Below, in pieces: positions 22,243 to 33,983 of a stretch of DNA of 64,000 nucleotides (within the stretch, counting starts at the first letter, position 1; each line of letters starts with the position of its first letter). Made by a program: the position numbers and the translations under genes. Below the pieces are notes generated by a model. It saw only the letters and a list, made by a program, of their open reading frames with translations, ran no database searches and had not been told where the DNA came from. The DNA comes from an uncultured delta proteobacterium (lineage in GTDB: Bacteria > Desulfobacterota > Syntrophia > Syntrophales > UBA5619): the NCBI GenBank assembly GCA_963817385.1, contig CAWFOM010000001.1, positions 224,001 to 288,000 on the forward strand, written 5' to 3'.

Positions 22243-22995
22243 ATGATGGTAAAGCCGGTTATCGCGGGCAACTGGAAGATGAACAAGACGATAGCGGAGG
22301 CGGTTGCATTTGCCACAAGCCTCCGGGCGGCGTACAGCGCCCCTCCCGATCGGGAGGTGATCATCGCCCCGCCCTTCACGGCGCTCCGGGCCGTTTCTGA
22401 CGCCATCCGGGGCTCTTCCATCCTTCTGGCCGCCCAGAATCTGCATGAGGCGGAAAAGGGGGCTTATACCGGCGAGATCTCCGCCGGTATGCTCCGTGAG
22501 GCCGGTTGTGCCTGCGTCATCGTCGGCCATTCGGAGCGGCGCACCCTCTTCGGCGAAGGCGACCCCCTCATCAACCGGAAGCTCCGGACTGCCATCACCG
22601 CCGGCTTGAAACCGATCTTCTGTGTCGGAGAGTCCCTCCGGCAGCGGGAAGAAGACGAAACGAAAACGGTCATCGAACGTCAGCTAAAAGAGGGATTGAA
22701 TAATTTTACCGCCAATGATATAGGGTGCTGCGTAATCGCCTACGAGCCGGTCTGGGCGATCGGCACCGGCAAGACGGCGAGCCCGGCTCAGGCCGAGGAG
22801 GTACATCGCTTCATCCGGGAATGGATAGCCGGCCGATACGGACAAGAGAAAGCGGCAGCGATGGCAATCCTCTACGGGGGCAGCGTCACACCGAAGAATA
22901 TCGCCGATCTGATGGCCCAGCCGGACATCAACGGAGCTCTGGTCGGAGGGGCCAGTCTGGAGGTCGATTCGTTCATCCGGATTATTTGTTATTGA
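22243..22995 (+). CDS. tpiA: Triosephosphate isomerase
   Basis: AGNWKMN, GHSERR, AYEPVWAIGTG, YGGSV, LVGGASL. Confidence 0.97.
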   Translation: MMVKPVIAGNWKMNKTIAEAVAFATSLRAAYSAPPDREVIIAPPFTALRAVSDAIRGSSILLAAQNLHEAEKGAYTGEISAGMLREAGCACVIVGHSERRTLFGEGDPLINRKLRTAITAGLKPIFCVGESLRQREEDETKTVIERQLKEGLNNFTANDIGCCVIAYEPVWAIGTGKTASPAQAEEVHRFIREWIAGRYGQEKAAAMAILYGGSVTPKNIADLMAQPDINGALVGGASLEVDSFIRIICY

Positions 22996-23017
22996 ATACC
23001 ATTCAAGGAGTGTAAAA

Positions 23018-23389
23018 GTGCAAATTCTTATTACCATAGTACATGTGACCGTCTGCATCGTCCTGATCCTTGTCGTCCTGCTGCAGGCAGGCAAGGGCGC
23101 CAATATGGGTGCGGTTTTCGGAGGATCCAGTCAGACGATCTTCGGAAGCAGCGGTCCCGGAACCTTCCTCGGCAAGATGACGACCGGGGTCGCCATCATC
23201 TTCATGCTGACCTCGTTCAGCCTCTCGTATACCGCCTCCCGCAAGGGGAGTTCCCTGATGGAAAACGCAGCCCGGCCAGCGGCGCAGAGAACGGTGCCCC
23301 TGCCGAATCCAGCGGCACCATCGGTACCGGCAGCTCCGGTCGCTATCCCTATAGCTCCGGCCCCGGTGACGCCCCAGACGGCCAAATAG
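23018..23389 (+). CDS. secG: Preprotein translocase subunit SecG
   Basis: VLLQAGKGA..GAVFGG, two TM segments, follows tpiA. Confidence 0.93.
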   Translation: MQILITIVHVTVCIVLILVVLLQAGKGANMGAVFGGSSQTIFGSSGPGTFLGKMTTGVAIIFMLTSFSLSYTASRKGSSLMENAARPAAQRTVPLPNPAAPSVPAAPVAIPIAPAPVTPQTAK

Positions 23390-23427
23390 CCCCGCACACC
23401 GAGGAGCGGACGCACGCTCTTTTCATG

Positions 23428-23456
23428 TTGACAAAGTTATTTTAAACGGATAAGTT
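23428..23456 (+). promoter_or_regulatory. Sigma70 promoter of tRNA-Leu
   Basis: TTGACA-17 nt-TAAGTT. Confidence 0.55.
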
Positions 23457-23511
23457 CGCGCCAAAAGTTCATTCCTGCAAGCGTGGTAACGTTGCAGGAA
23501 ACGAGATGGAT

Positions 23512-23598
23512 GCCGAAGTGGTGGAATCTGGTAGACACGCTATCTTGAGGGGGTAGTGGACAAAATCCGTCCGGGTTCAAGTCCCGGCTTCGGCACCA
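23512..23598 (+). tRNA. tRNA-Leu (GAG)
   Basis: GCCGAAG/CTTCGGC acceptor stem, anticodon arm CTATC-TTGAGGG-GGTAG, long variable arm, GGTTCAAGTCC T-arm, CCA end. Confidence 0.97.
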
Positions 23599-23608
23599 AT
23601 AAGAGAAA

Positions 23609-23644
23609 CAGGGGGTTAGCTGATTAATCGGTTAACCCTCTTTT
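23609..23644 (+). terminator. Hairpin downstream of tRNA-Leu
   Basis: GGGGGTTAGCTGAT-TA-ATCGGTTAACCCTC followed by TTTT. Confidence 0.55.
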
Positions 23645-23880
23645 AGTTTGAGGGGTGCTTGGTCAACGTTTTGGTCAACACTTTTCAGAAAGCCTTCCAT
23701 GTGGTCAACAGCCTTCCGGGTATCGGTCACATCAACGGTATTATATCTGAGAAACATTTCCCTTGTGGAATGACCCGTGATTTTCATGATGACCCATTCC
23801 GGGACTCCTGACTTTCTCATATTTGCATTGAAGCAATGGCGGGTGTCATGGAAGACAAACCCCCCTTTCGTTCCCAGGGT
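23632..23880 (-). pseudogene. Tyrosine integrase C-terminal relic
   Basis: Reads FVFHDTRHCFNANMRKSGV...ITGHSTREMFLRY (HxxR, GH, catalytic Y); N-terminal part absent; convergent with the tRNA. Confidence 0.85.
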
Positions 23881-24023
23881 GATGAATACTTATTGCCTTA
23901 ACCTACAAACAAATGACCTGCAATGAAAGTTAAGAAAAGTCATTTTATGTTGCAGTATTCCGATTAATCTGCCATAATAACAAATATGTATGGGTAACAA
24001 GATCTAAAAATGGAGGTGCTTTC

Positions 24024-24317
24024 ATGAGAAAAATTGTCGCGACCCTGTTTGTTGCAATCGCCCTCATTGCTGCTTCGGGGCCAGCATTCGGAGGCGATGC
24101 GGAGAACATACCGGTAGATGTACTAATCATAAGGCCAATAACTCTGATTGGCGCTGTGCTCGGTACGGCGCTGTTCGTTGTCGCTTTGCCTTTTTCCATC
24201 CCGAGTGGAAGCGTCAAAATGACGGCCAAAAAGCTGATCGTGGAACCTTTCAAATTTACTTTTACTAGACCCCTCGGAGAGTTCGACGAAAAAAGAGAAC
24301 CAAGCAACGCTCCCTAG
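24024..24317 (+). CDS. Small exported/membrane hypothetical protein
   Basis: GGAGG RBS, signal peptide, D-LIIRP...LPFS...TFTRPLG pattern. Confidence 0.7.
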   Translation: MRKIVATLFVAIALIAASGPAFGGDAENIPVDVLIIRPITLIGAVLGTALFVVALPFSIPSGSVKMTAKKLIVEPFKFTFTRPLGEFDEKREPSNAP

Positions 24318-24765
24318 AAAGAACCGGATGAACCTGGGTCCTCCGTTGTGCGTTTTTCTGATGAACCCGGTAGCCTGGAGCTCCCTGATGCATTTTGCAA
24401 AGGTAGACTTTGCGAATCCCAAGTCATTGCCCTCCGGGTATGAAAAATTGAATTCTGCCTGGTGATATCCGGTGTGTGATTGCGGCACCTTCACTTTGCC
24501 CAGGAAATAGGGCAGGATCTTTGCCAAAATATCGAACTCATCATGGGGAATCGGGTCTTTGCCCGATTCCCCGTTTTAATCTCCTTGTTCGCAAGGATCG
24601 CATCAAGAACGTAAATGAAGTCCAAGGGCTTAGTGATGCGGAAAGGCTGAAGAGGTCTTGCTGAACGAACCGCTCAGAATTCACGCAAAAAACAGAGGCC
24701 GTGAGACCCTCCAGCAGTATGGGACTGGAAGCGCCATCACGGCCTCTCATTTACGGCTTTTTTAC

Positions 24766-25107
24766 TTACTTTTGACTCACGACTCGATACGCCTGCTCTT
24801 CCGTCCGAACTTCAGGAGCATAACGTTGTAGGCCGCCGTCATCGATCGCCTTGCTGTCCTTGTAAACGAAATAGCGAAAGCCAATGTCCATCGCATTACT
24901 GTATTTGTAGAACCTTTTTTCCGCCCCATCGTTAAATACCTGGATCACGGAAGGCTTCCCCCATACGGCCTCATTTTCCGCTATCGTCTTTCCGGTTGCG
25001 AAAAATCCGCCGGCTGAAGCCGTCCAGGCACCGACCGTCAGCAGCATCAGGGTTGCAAAGGTTACGGCCAAAATCATTCTTTTGTTCCATCTCTTTGTTG
25101 TTCTCAT
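24766..25107 (-). CDS. Hypothetical secreted protein
   Basis: Signal-peptide-like N-terminus, GGAG RBS. Confidence 0.55.
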   Translation of the reverse strand: MRTTKRWNKRMILAVTFATLMLLTVGAWTASAGGFFATGKTIAENEAVWGKPSVIQVFNDGAEKRFYKYSNAMDIGFRYFVYKDSKAIDDGGLQRYAPEVRTEEQAYRVVSQK

Positions 25108-25173
25108 TTTTTTCCTCCATTTGTTTTATCTCCCTCAGGGGAGATAAATTCATTTGCTGATACCAGCCCATTG

Positions 25174-25338
25174 TTATTTCGTGCCACAGCATGCGGGAAA
25201 GTATTTCTTTATATTTTCCGCTGTGCAGCAGTTCTCAAAAACGGTCTTACATTTGTCCTTGAGTTCATCTCCTGTGATCTCAAAGCGATATCCATCTTCG
25301 AGTTCCGTAACGTTGACACTGCAACATTTCTTCTCCAT
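25174..25338 (-). CDS. Unannotated 54-aa cysteine-pair protein (not in ORF track)
   Basis: MEKKCCSVNVTELEDGYRFEITGDELKDKCKTVFENCCTAENIKKYFPACCGTK; AGGAGGTG RBS; directly downstream of ArsR. Confidence 0.8.
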   Translation of the reverse strand: MEKKCCSVNVTELEDGYRFEITGDELKDKCKTVFENCCTAENIKKYFPACCGTK

Positions 25339-25401
25339 TCATCTCACCTCCTTTCTCTATTCTATTGTTCGTATATTATCGAACTATATAGATAAAAAAA
25401 T

Positions 25402-25743
25402 TTACGCCAGAAACCTCTTTATTTCGTCAATGACATCTTGATTAATCATGCATCGAAAAGTTTGCCCTTCCCGTTCACATGTTATCAGTCCCGCATTCTG
25501 TAGTTCTTTAAAATGGTGAGAAATTGTCGAGCGCGAAAGCTTGATAGATCCGCACATTTTCGTAAATGCCTTTTCGATGCCTTTTCTTACAGGACAACAC
25601 GGGTCTTCTTCCGGGATGTGAAATTCAGAAGCCCCTTTCACCGTTTCCGACGGACAGCACTGCTTATAGATCATCATAAAAATTTTCAGCCGTTGCTCGT
25701 TGGAGAGTGCTTTAAATATTTTTGCATAGTTCGATTGTTCCAT
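25402..25743 (-). CDS. ArsR/SmtB family regulator
   Basis: FKALSNEQRLKI, LSRSTISHHFKELQNAGLI; two CC pairs in an insertion. Confidence 0.9.
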   Translation of the reverse strand: MEQSNYAKIFKALSNEQRLKIFMMIYKQCCPSETVKGASEFHIPEEDPCCPVRKGIEKAFTKMCGSIKLSRSTISHHFKELQNAGLITCEREGQTFRCMINQDVIDEIKRFLA

Positions 25744-25785
25744 AATTATAGAATAATACATTTCCTGAATTTGTCAATACCTTTT

Positions 25786-27191
25786 TTAAAAAAAATTCTG
25801 AACCCGGCCGATGTCCGAACGACACATATCCCTGCCACAGTCCATATATCCCTTTTTGAGTTTTGCAAGGATAATACGGATATTTTATCAGCAGTTTCAG
25901 GGCGCGCATCACCCCGTACTTTCTGAGAATGCCAAACGTGTGACGGACCGGCAGAGCGTTTCCAAACAGCCATGCCAGCTCGGCGTAAAACTCCTTTAAA
26001 GGCAGAGTTGTGGGTAAAACTGTGTGCATGAAATCAAACATCTCATGTCTTTTTGTCAGCAGTTCGGACTCCCGCTCATTATACAAAGCCGTGCCCGGAA
26101 GTGGGGTCAATACGCTGAATGAAGCGTATTTGAGATTCAGCATTCGTACATACCGGACAAGCTCTCTGAAATCTTCGCGGCTGAATGCCGGATCGACAAT
26201 AAAATTCGCGTACAAGAGTATGCCTAACTCATCCAGAATTTTAACCGCCTGCGCTTGCTGTTCCGTAGTAATGCCCTTGTTCAAGCCTTCAAGACGCCGG
26301 TCGGAGAAACTCTCCATGCCGACAAACACCTGCGTCAGCCCTATATCCCGCCACTGCCTGAACAATTCTGGGTGTCTGATAATAGTATCCACCCGCGCAT
26401 AGAGAAAAAACTTCTTTTTGTATCCCGGCTTCGCGTATCAAATCGCCAAGCCGCTTGATTCTGTGGACATCGCACATGGACTCGTCGTCGCAGAAAAAAA
26501 CTTTTGTTTCTCTGATAGTTTTTAGTTCCTCCACCACCGACTCCGGACTTCTGCGCAGATACTTCCCGTCGGTTATCGCCCAGAGGGCGCAGAAGTTGCA
26601 CCGCGACGTGCAACCGAGAGACGTTCGGATAGAGGCAAGCGGTTTCAGCCACTCGTTGAAATAATTACTCCGGTATTTGTTGGTAAGTGTGCGGTCGGGA
26701 AACGGAAGCGAATCGAGCTCGGGATGAACCCGCTTCTCGGTGAAGCGCATCTCAGAGCCTGGAATCCCGAGCCCACCAATATCATCAAAATTCCTGCCGT
26801 GTTTCAGCCGCTCGGTGATCTCACGGATAGCCCCGACGCCTTCGCCAACAACGACGAGATCAATGAATCCTTCGTTGAAATCCTCCGGACTGACCGTTGC
26901 GTGATGCCCGCCGACGACAATGAATACATTCGGGTTTATCGCTTTCAGCCGGGCAGCGATATCCTTTACGATAGGCACCTGATTCGTATAACCCGTGATG
27001 CCTGCCATCTGCGGGTTGAATCTTTCAAACGCCCCTTCAATATCGGAATCTATTCTCGCGTCAATAACGGCAACTTCATGCCCGTCCAGTTTCAAGCCCG
27101 CTCCCAGATACTCCAGAGCCAGAGGCTCATGCATAAACACCTCTTCGGTAAATTCCGCGCTGCACCGCGGCTGTATAAGCAAAACTTTCAA
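25786..27191 (-). CDS. Cobalamin-binding radical SAM methyltransferase, HpnR-like (frameshifted; end approximate)
   Basis: TTG start MKVLLIQP..EPLALEYL, VGGHHAT, CTSRCNFC, GMES, LTPLPGT, FDFMHTVLPT. Confidence 0.8.
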
Positions 27192-27241
27192 GATTGCCCC
27201 TTGCCGAATTTTTGTTTTGAGCAATTTAATTCCGTTCCTCA

Positions 27242-28072
27242 TCAAAAAAGCATCCATCCGCCCCATGCTATTAATCCGATACCGCCAGCCCGGCTGATAA
27301 ACCGTCCCGCGGGAGAGATTTTTTCAATAAGCATAAATACGGTAAGCGCCGCCATCCATACAAGGTTCATGATCCCGAGGGCGAAAGACAGCAGCATCAG
27401 AAGCCAGCAGCAGCCGACACAGTAAAGGCCGTAGCGGCTGCCGAGATTGAATGCGCCCATGTTACCGGACCGCCAGTGTGTGAGCAGGAAGCCCATGGGA
27501 TTTCTGCATTTTGCCATGCAGGCGTCTTTCCACGGAGTCCACTGGAATATCCCCGCAGCGATGATCAGGATACCTCCGAGTACGGGCCCGGAGGCGAGTG
27601 TTGCGGGAGAGAGTAGCGCCGTCCGGAGAAGTCCCCATTGAGCGACCGTTGCTCCGGCGCTATATAGTGTCCATGTGCCCAGGTAACCTCCTGTAAATGC
27701 CCAGACCGGCACTATAACACTTCCGCGCTCACGCCGGCGGTTAACGATCATGAATGCCAGAACCATTGGCATTGCCGTGGGCAGCATCATCGCCGCCATC
27801 ATTACCGCCCACATGATGAAGGTCATCCCTGTTTCTTCCACACCCCAGGCGGCGAGATGGGGCGTAATGGCGGAATGCATCGCGCCATGGCCGGTCATAT
27901 GGTGGAGGCCATGTTCAGCCATGACCCCGGCGACAGGCGTGTGTGCGCTCATCGTTCGCGCCATCTGTATGGTATATGCCCAGGCAAGAACGGATATGAT
28001 AATGAGTCCCCCGGCCACAAGAAGGCGTTCGCCAAACGCGGGCCCGTATTGCTTTGCTTCGATCTTATTCAT
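27242..28072 (-). CDS. DUF2182 predicted metal-binding membrane protein
   Basis: MWAVMMAAMMLP, QWTPWKDACMAKC, YCVGCCW, EK motifs. Confidence 0.88.
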   Translation of the reverse strand: MNKIEAKQYGPAFGERLLVAGGLIIISVLAWAYTIQMARTMSAHTPVAGVMAEHGLHHMTGHGAMHSAITPHLAAWGVEETGMTFIMWAVMMAAMMLPTAMPMVLAFMIVNRRRERGSVIVPVWAFTGGYLGTWTLYSAGATVAQWGLLRTALLSPATLASGPVLGGILIIAAGIFQWTPWKDACMAKCRNPMGFLLTHWRSGNMGAFNLGSRYGLYCVGCCWLLMLLSFALGIMNLVWMAALTVFMLIEKISPAGRFISRAGGIGLIAWGGWMLF

Positions 28073-28689
28073 GGCCCCTTCCATGAGAAGTTGGAATAAA
28101 GTGCGTGAGTGCCTTCGGTTGCAAGGCTGTAGCCCCGGTCAATACAGCGGGAGAAACCACGGGCAAGCGTATGTGTCGGGCCGTGTACAGTGTTATAAAG
28201 ATTTTCCAGGGTTGCCTGAGCATTGGGGTTTGCACCCCGCAGTCCCTCTATTCTCGTTTCAAAAAGGCCGATTACCGTCAGGCTTTTCTTGTGGCCCTCA
28301 TCCTTGAAATCAAAGGCTGCTGTTCGTGTTTCCAGCCATGTTCCGACGAACCGGGCAAGTATTTCCCATGGTCCGCCCGCACTGCCTTTCAGTATTGTTT
28401 CCAACGCTTCTCGCTGGAAGGCATCGGCTGATTCGTCCAGGTAAAGCGCTTCCGTCCAGTCCCCCTCATACATTCTTTGGGGCGCGTCATAGAGCATAAC
28501 TACGCATAAGCCGGCCAGGGGGATATCCCAGTAATGACCTTCATTGAAACGTATTGCCCAGTAGCCGGTACACCGCTCATTTGTGCACTTCTGTTTGAAA
28601 GAGACATGGGCGGCGCAGATGAGCTGACAGTTGCAGTTCTCGAACAGGAGACCCTTTGCGTACCATTTGGGAATGTTGATGGTTGTCAT
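28069..28689 (-). CDS. DUF1326 domain protein
   Basis: ENCNCQLIC...C motif, EGHY, DESAD..QREAL; ATGA-coupled to DUF2182. Confidence 0.85.
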   Translation of the reverse strand: MTTINIPKWYAKGLLFENCNCQLICAAHVSFKQKCTNERCTGYWAIRFNEGHYWDIPLAGLCVVMLYDAPQRMYEGDWTEALYLDESADAFQREALETILKGSAGGPWEILARFVGTWLETRTAAFDFKDEGHKKSLTVIGLFETRIEGLRGANPNAQATLENLYNTVHGPTHTLARGFSRCIDRGYSLATEGTHALYSNFSWKGP

Positions 28690-28830
28690 TTATCTTCTCC
28701 TTCATGATATTCGGCAAAAGACATCGGCTTTCTCCCTTAAAGAAGCTTTGCGGCTAGTTTCAATATACGTCCCGCGATGACGGCACATCCTGTGGCAGGG
28801 ATGGAAAATCTGATTTCTTTTTTCTATTTC

Positions 28831-29841
28831 TCAGCAAATAACATTGCCCCTAACTCCGGCGACATCCTCAGTAGCCGTAAGCACCATAGCAGCTCGCAAT
28901 TCATCCGCAATTTTCCCGAGAATTAATTCCACGCCGACAGATTGCCCTCCTACCGCACCTATGGCTATCGGTCTGCCGATCAGTACCGCATCAGCCCCGA
29001 GAGCCAGCATCTTCAGAACGTCAACTCCGCTCCGAATGCCGCCGTCTGCGAGAATCGCCATTTTGCCTCCGACGACATCAGCAATACCCGGAAGCACTTC
29101 GGCTGTTCCCGGCACATGGTCTAATGCCCGACCGCCATGATTTGAAACAACAATACCATCGACCCCAGCAGCATAACAGGCTTCAGCGTCTTCCCTCGTC
29201 ATGATCCCCTTTACGATAAATGGGAGGGAAGTCTTTTGCTTGATCCTCGCTAATTCATCCTGCGTCTTCGGACCAACCGGTTGCCCGGCGTTTGTCATAT
29301 TTATAAGCGCTGCGGCATCAATATCCATCCCGAAGGCCTGTGCCCCGGCGTCAGCAGCGCGCTTCGCCAATTCAATGACTTTGCCGATCTCGCGTGGCTT
29401 TATAATAGGGATACCATGCCCGAAAGATCTTATGGCTTTTAGGCCTGATTCAAAGCCTTCCGGGTTCGGGCTATCACTGGTCATGGCTATTGTACCGAAT
29501 CTTGAGCAACCGCCTACAACTGCATCGACATACTCTTCTTCGGTCAGTGCGCTCTTCATATTGAAATTAATACCACCGATCGCGGCTGCCATAACAGGGA
29601 TGGACAATTCCATACCCAAAAGAGAACAGGTCAACCGTGGTTGGTTTACACTGTGTACAGTACGTAAATTCAACCTGTAGCATTCCAAGGCTTTCACATT
29701 GTTGCGAAAGGCAGAACCGGTGCCGAGTCCCCCCATTCCGGGCACTTGCCCTGCACAGGCCACGCCGTTGCACACAGGACAAACCCTGCAGGAACCTTTG
29801 AACTTTTCGCGGGCAATCCGCTTAACATCACTCAAATCCAT
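28831..29841 (-). CDS. FMN-dependent alpha-hydroxy acid oxidase/dehydrogenase with N-terminal Cys cluster
   Basis: CRVCPVCNGVAC, VKGIM, SNHGGR, DGGIRSGVDVLKMLALGA. Confidence 0.9.
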   Translation of the reverse strand: MDLSDVKRIAREKFKGSCRVCPVCNGVACAGQVPGMGGLGTGSAFRNNVKALECYRLNLRTVHSVNQPRLTCSLLGMELSIPVMAAAIGGINFNMKSALTEEEYVDAVVGGCSRFGTIAMTSDSPNPEGFESGLKAIRSFGHGIPIIKPREIGKVIELAKRAADAGAQAFGMDIDAAALINMTNAGQPVGPKTQDELARIKQKTSLPFIVKGIMTREDAEACYAAGVDGIVVSNHGGRALDHVPGTAEVLPGIADVVGGKMAILADGGIRSGVDVLKMLALGADAVLIGRPIAIGAVGGQSVGVELILGKIADELRAAMVLTATEDVAGVRGNVIC

Positions 29842-29860
29842 ACTTAATCCCTCCTTATCA

Positions 29861-31099
29861 TCATAAAGCTTCTTGTACCGCGGTTTTCTGTTGCACCTCA
29901 CAATCGAGATCACGAATAGGCCTTTCTCGTATCGGCAAATAACAAAGCGAGGCGCCAAGACTCAATAGGATTGTCACCAGCCAGATGACACGATAAGAAC
30001 CGGTGCGGTCGAACAGAAGCCCTCCCAGCCAACCACCGGCAAAACTACCGATTTGATGCATGACGAATATAATCCCGGAAAGCGTCGAAAGATATCGTAC
30101 GCCGAAAACACTCGCCAAAATTCCATTTGTCAACGGCACGGTTCCCAGCCAGATCAGGCCTATGACCGCTGAAAAAAAATAAATTGACGCCTCGGTAATC
30201 GGCGCCGAGATAAATGCCGTAATAGCAACGGCACGGAGAATAAATATCAAGCTCAACAGGTGCTGTTTTGGATACTTCCCGCCTAAATACCCTGCAAGAT
30301 AGGACCCGAACATGTTGGAAAATCCGATAATTGACAAGGCATTTGCTGCAACTGCCAACGTCAGACCGTTATCCTGAATAAATGCCGCGAAATGAGTAAG
30401 GATGAAGACCACCTGAAAACCGCAAACTGAAAATCCGAGGCCTAACAACCAAAAGTCCCGGTGTTTAAAGGCTTCGGCTAAAGCGGCTTTCGTATCGCGC
30501 TTTGCTTCCAATGGATTTTTCCTTTCTCTCAGCCCCAGAGAAAGAGGAAACATCAAGGTGCTGGTAATTCCGAGAATAATTAAAGCCGCAAACCACCCCC
30601 AGGTATGGATTAATAACCTGCCATACGGCACCATCACAAACATCCCAAAAGAGGCGCCCGCCCCTGCAATACCCAGCACGAGGCTTCGTTTGTCCGGATC
30701 AAATGCACGACCGAGCGCGCCGAAAACAACGGCAAAACTGCTTCCGCCGAGCCCTATCCCGATCAGCATGCCTGCGCTCAGCGTCAGACCAACTCCGGTT
30801 GTGGAATACGCCATGCAAAATAACCCAAGCACATACGCTGCAGCGCCGATAAGCAGTGCTTTGCTTGCCCCGTATTTATCGGCTATCCAGCCGGTAAAAG
30901 GCTGGGCAATCCCCCATACCAGGTTCTGCAGGGCCATGGCAAAAGCAAACGTCTCCCTGCCGTATCCCAAATCAAGGCTCATAGGCGTTAAAAAAATGCC
31001 GAAACTTTGTCTCGTGCCGAATACGAGCGCTAATATAAGACTGCCGCAAATCAGCACGATTAATCGTGACGAAGCGAAACCTTTTTTATCCATACTCAT
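29861..31099 (-). CDS. MFS transporter
   Basis: About 12 TM segments, GWIADKYG, CGFQVVF, HQIGSFAGGWLGG. Confidence 0.9.
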   Translation of the reverse strand: MSMDKKGFASSRLIVLICGSLILALVFGTRQSFGIFLTPMSLDLGYGRETFAFAMALQNLVWGIAQPFTGWIADKYGASKALLIGAAAYVLGLFCMAYSTTGVGLTLSAGMLIGIGLGGSSFAVVFGALGRAFDPDKRSLVLGIAGAGASFGMFVMVPYGRLLIHTWGWFAALIILGITSTLMFPLSLGLRERKNPLEAKRDTKAALAEAFKHRDFWLLGLGFSVCGFQVVFILTHFAAFIQDNGLTLAVAANALSIIGFSNMFGSYLAGYLGGKYPKQHLLSLIFILRAVAITAFISAPITEASIYFFSAVIGLIWLGTVPLTNGILASVFGVRYLSTLSGIIFVMHQIGSFAGGWLGGLLFDRTGSYRVIWLVTILLSLGASLCYLPIRERPIRDLDCEVQQKTAVQEAL

Positions 31100-31639
31100 A
31101 CATTTCCCTCTTTTCTGGCGATATGTTATTAATATATTTACACGTTATGGATCATTTGTTTCGCAGAGCGGCATTTCAATCCCCTCCGATAAAACTTGGT
31201 GCTGAATATACTTGCGTCCCAAGAAACATAACAGATGCAAGGCATAAGTTTTCTCACGGTAACAGTTTCGAGGGGAAACAACTGTACCTGTCGTAAAATA
31301 AGACAATTGTATGTGTGGAAGTCACTCCGAATAGCGAGCTAAACCTTCACATTATCCTCATAGACGGAGGAACGGCGAGAGAAGATACAATTATTTTAAA
31401 GCGGAATTATAGTGGTGTGGTCCCGCGCCCGATTCGAATATTGCGGCCGATCAATAAACTGGCCGGCATGATATCGCAAATCCTTGCCATATTCGCCTTG
31501 CAGGCGTTTCAGTGATTTACTCTCGGCACGACACGCACCTGCACCATCACCTCCCCTGGAAAGAATCTCTCCGCTTCCAGCGCCATTGCTTGCATCTCGG
31601 AGGAACGCCCGCAAATGCGGTAAGTTGAGAATTTATAAT

Positions 31640-32072
31640 TTACCCTTTCTTGCGATCTTCAACCTTTACCTCCATAACAACATGCCCCCAGCCTCCGCAC
31701 CTTACTCCAACATCGACACAACCGAACCTGTTGGACCTCATGTTATTGGGATCAATGCCGGCATAAATAAGTTCGGCTGGGGCGGGCAGCCAGAGCAACC
31801 GAATGCAAGGCAAAAATACAAACTTTGCTCGGTCCCAGTTTTGCTAAAAGGCTGACACCGCGACCATCGAAATAAAACTTGTCACCGGCTTTATGCCCGC
31901 TGTCGCAGCCGTGTGATTCGATAACTTCCGCTACAATCGTTTTATTCAGCATTAAGACCGTTTTAGATAAAACATCTTCGTTACTAGGATTGGCCTGGAA
32001 TATTTTCATTTCATCATCATTATACTTCAGGTGCTTCTGAACAATTTTCCATGTATCTTCATCAATTTTCAT
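31640..32072 (-). CDS. TIGR04076-like Cys-motif protein, copy 1 (frameshift near 31780)
   Basis: SHGCDSGHKAGDK, VCIFAL; tail GCVDVGVRCGGWG in another frame; paralog of 33511..33939. Confidence 0.65.
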
Positions 32073-32242
32073 TTTATCTCCTCCCTGGATTTATATATTT
32101 GGTTTACGCCTAAACAGTCGGGACAAACCTTACGACAGGCAAAGCATCTGGCATCATTGAACTGTCAGCGGCACTTCCGTTCTAACAGGCTGTTCAAAAA
32201 ATGCACAGATGCAAGCAACTGTGTGTCAAGCCAGAATTTAGT

Positions 32243-33380
<1,138 letters not shown>

Positions 33381-33510
33381 AAGGCGCGCAATTATCGTGA
33401 ACAACGAAATTAAAATAGTCTTTGCGAGAAGTCCGCTGGAGGCGGATGGCGGGGCAATCTATTCATGAAGACACCCCGGATTGATTTGCTTCACTCACAA
33501 TGACGGTGCA

Positions 33511-33939
33511 TCACTTTTTGCGGTCTTCGACTTTCAGTTCCATAACGATGCGGCCCCACCCGCCGCATTTCACGCCCACATCGAAACAGCCCGTTCGCTT
33601 GAAACGCATCTCGTTCGGATCGACACCGGCCATGAGGAGTTCGCCCGCGGCGAAAATGAGTCCGGATGCGGCATTCAGGGCATAGATGCAGATCCGATCG
33701 GGAGACCGTTTGGTGAGAAGATTGCCCGCCCCGTCGAAGCAGAGTTTATCGCCTTTTTTATGCTGGCTGTTGCAGCCGTGGGAGTCCACAACTTCGAAGA
33801 CGATCGTTTTGTTCGCGAAGAGGGGTGCCTTCGAGAGGATATCAACATTTCTCGGGTTTTCCAGGAATACCTCCATTTCCTCATCGCTGTAATTGAAATG
33901 CTTCTGGATATAATGCCGGGTCGCGTCGTCGATTTTCAT
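33511..33939 (-). CDS. TIGR04076-like Cys-motif protein, copy 2
   Basis: SHGCNSQHKKGDK, ICIYAL, GCFDVGVKCGGWG. Confidence 0.7.
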   Translation of the reverse strand: MKIDDATRHYIQKHFNYSDEEMEVFLENPRNVDILSKAPLFANKTIVFEVVDSHGCNSQHKKGDKLCFDGAGNLLTKRSPDRICIYALNAASGLIFAAGELLMAGVDPNEMRFKRTGCFDVGVKCGGWGRIVMELKVEDRKK

Positions 33940-33983
33940 CATTCGCCTCCTTTTCATTCGCCGATAATTACGTACCGAAAAAT

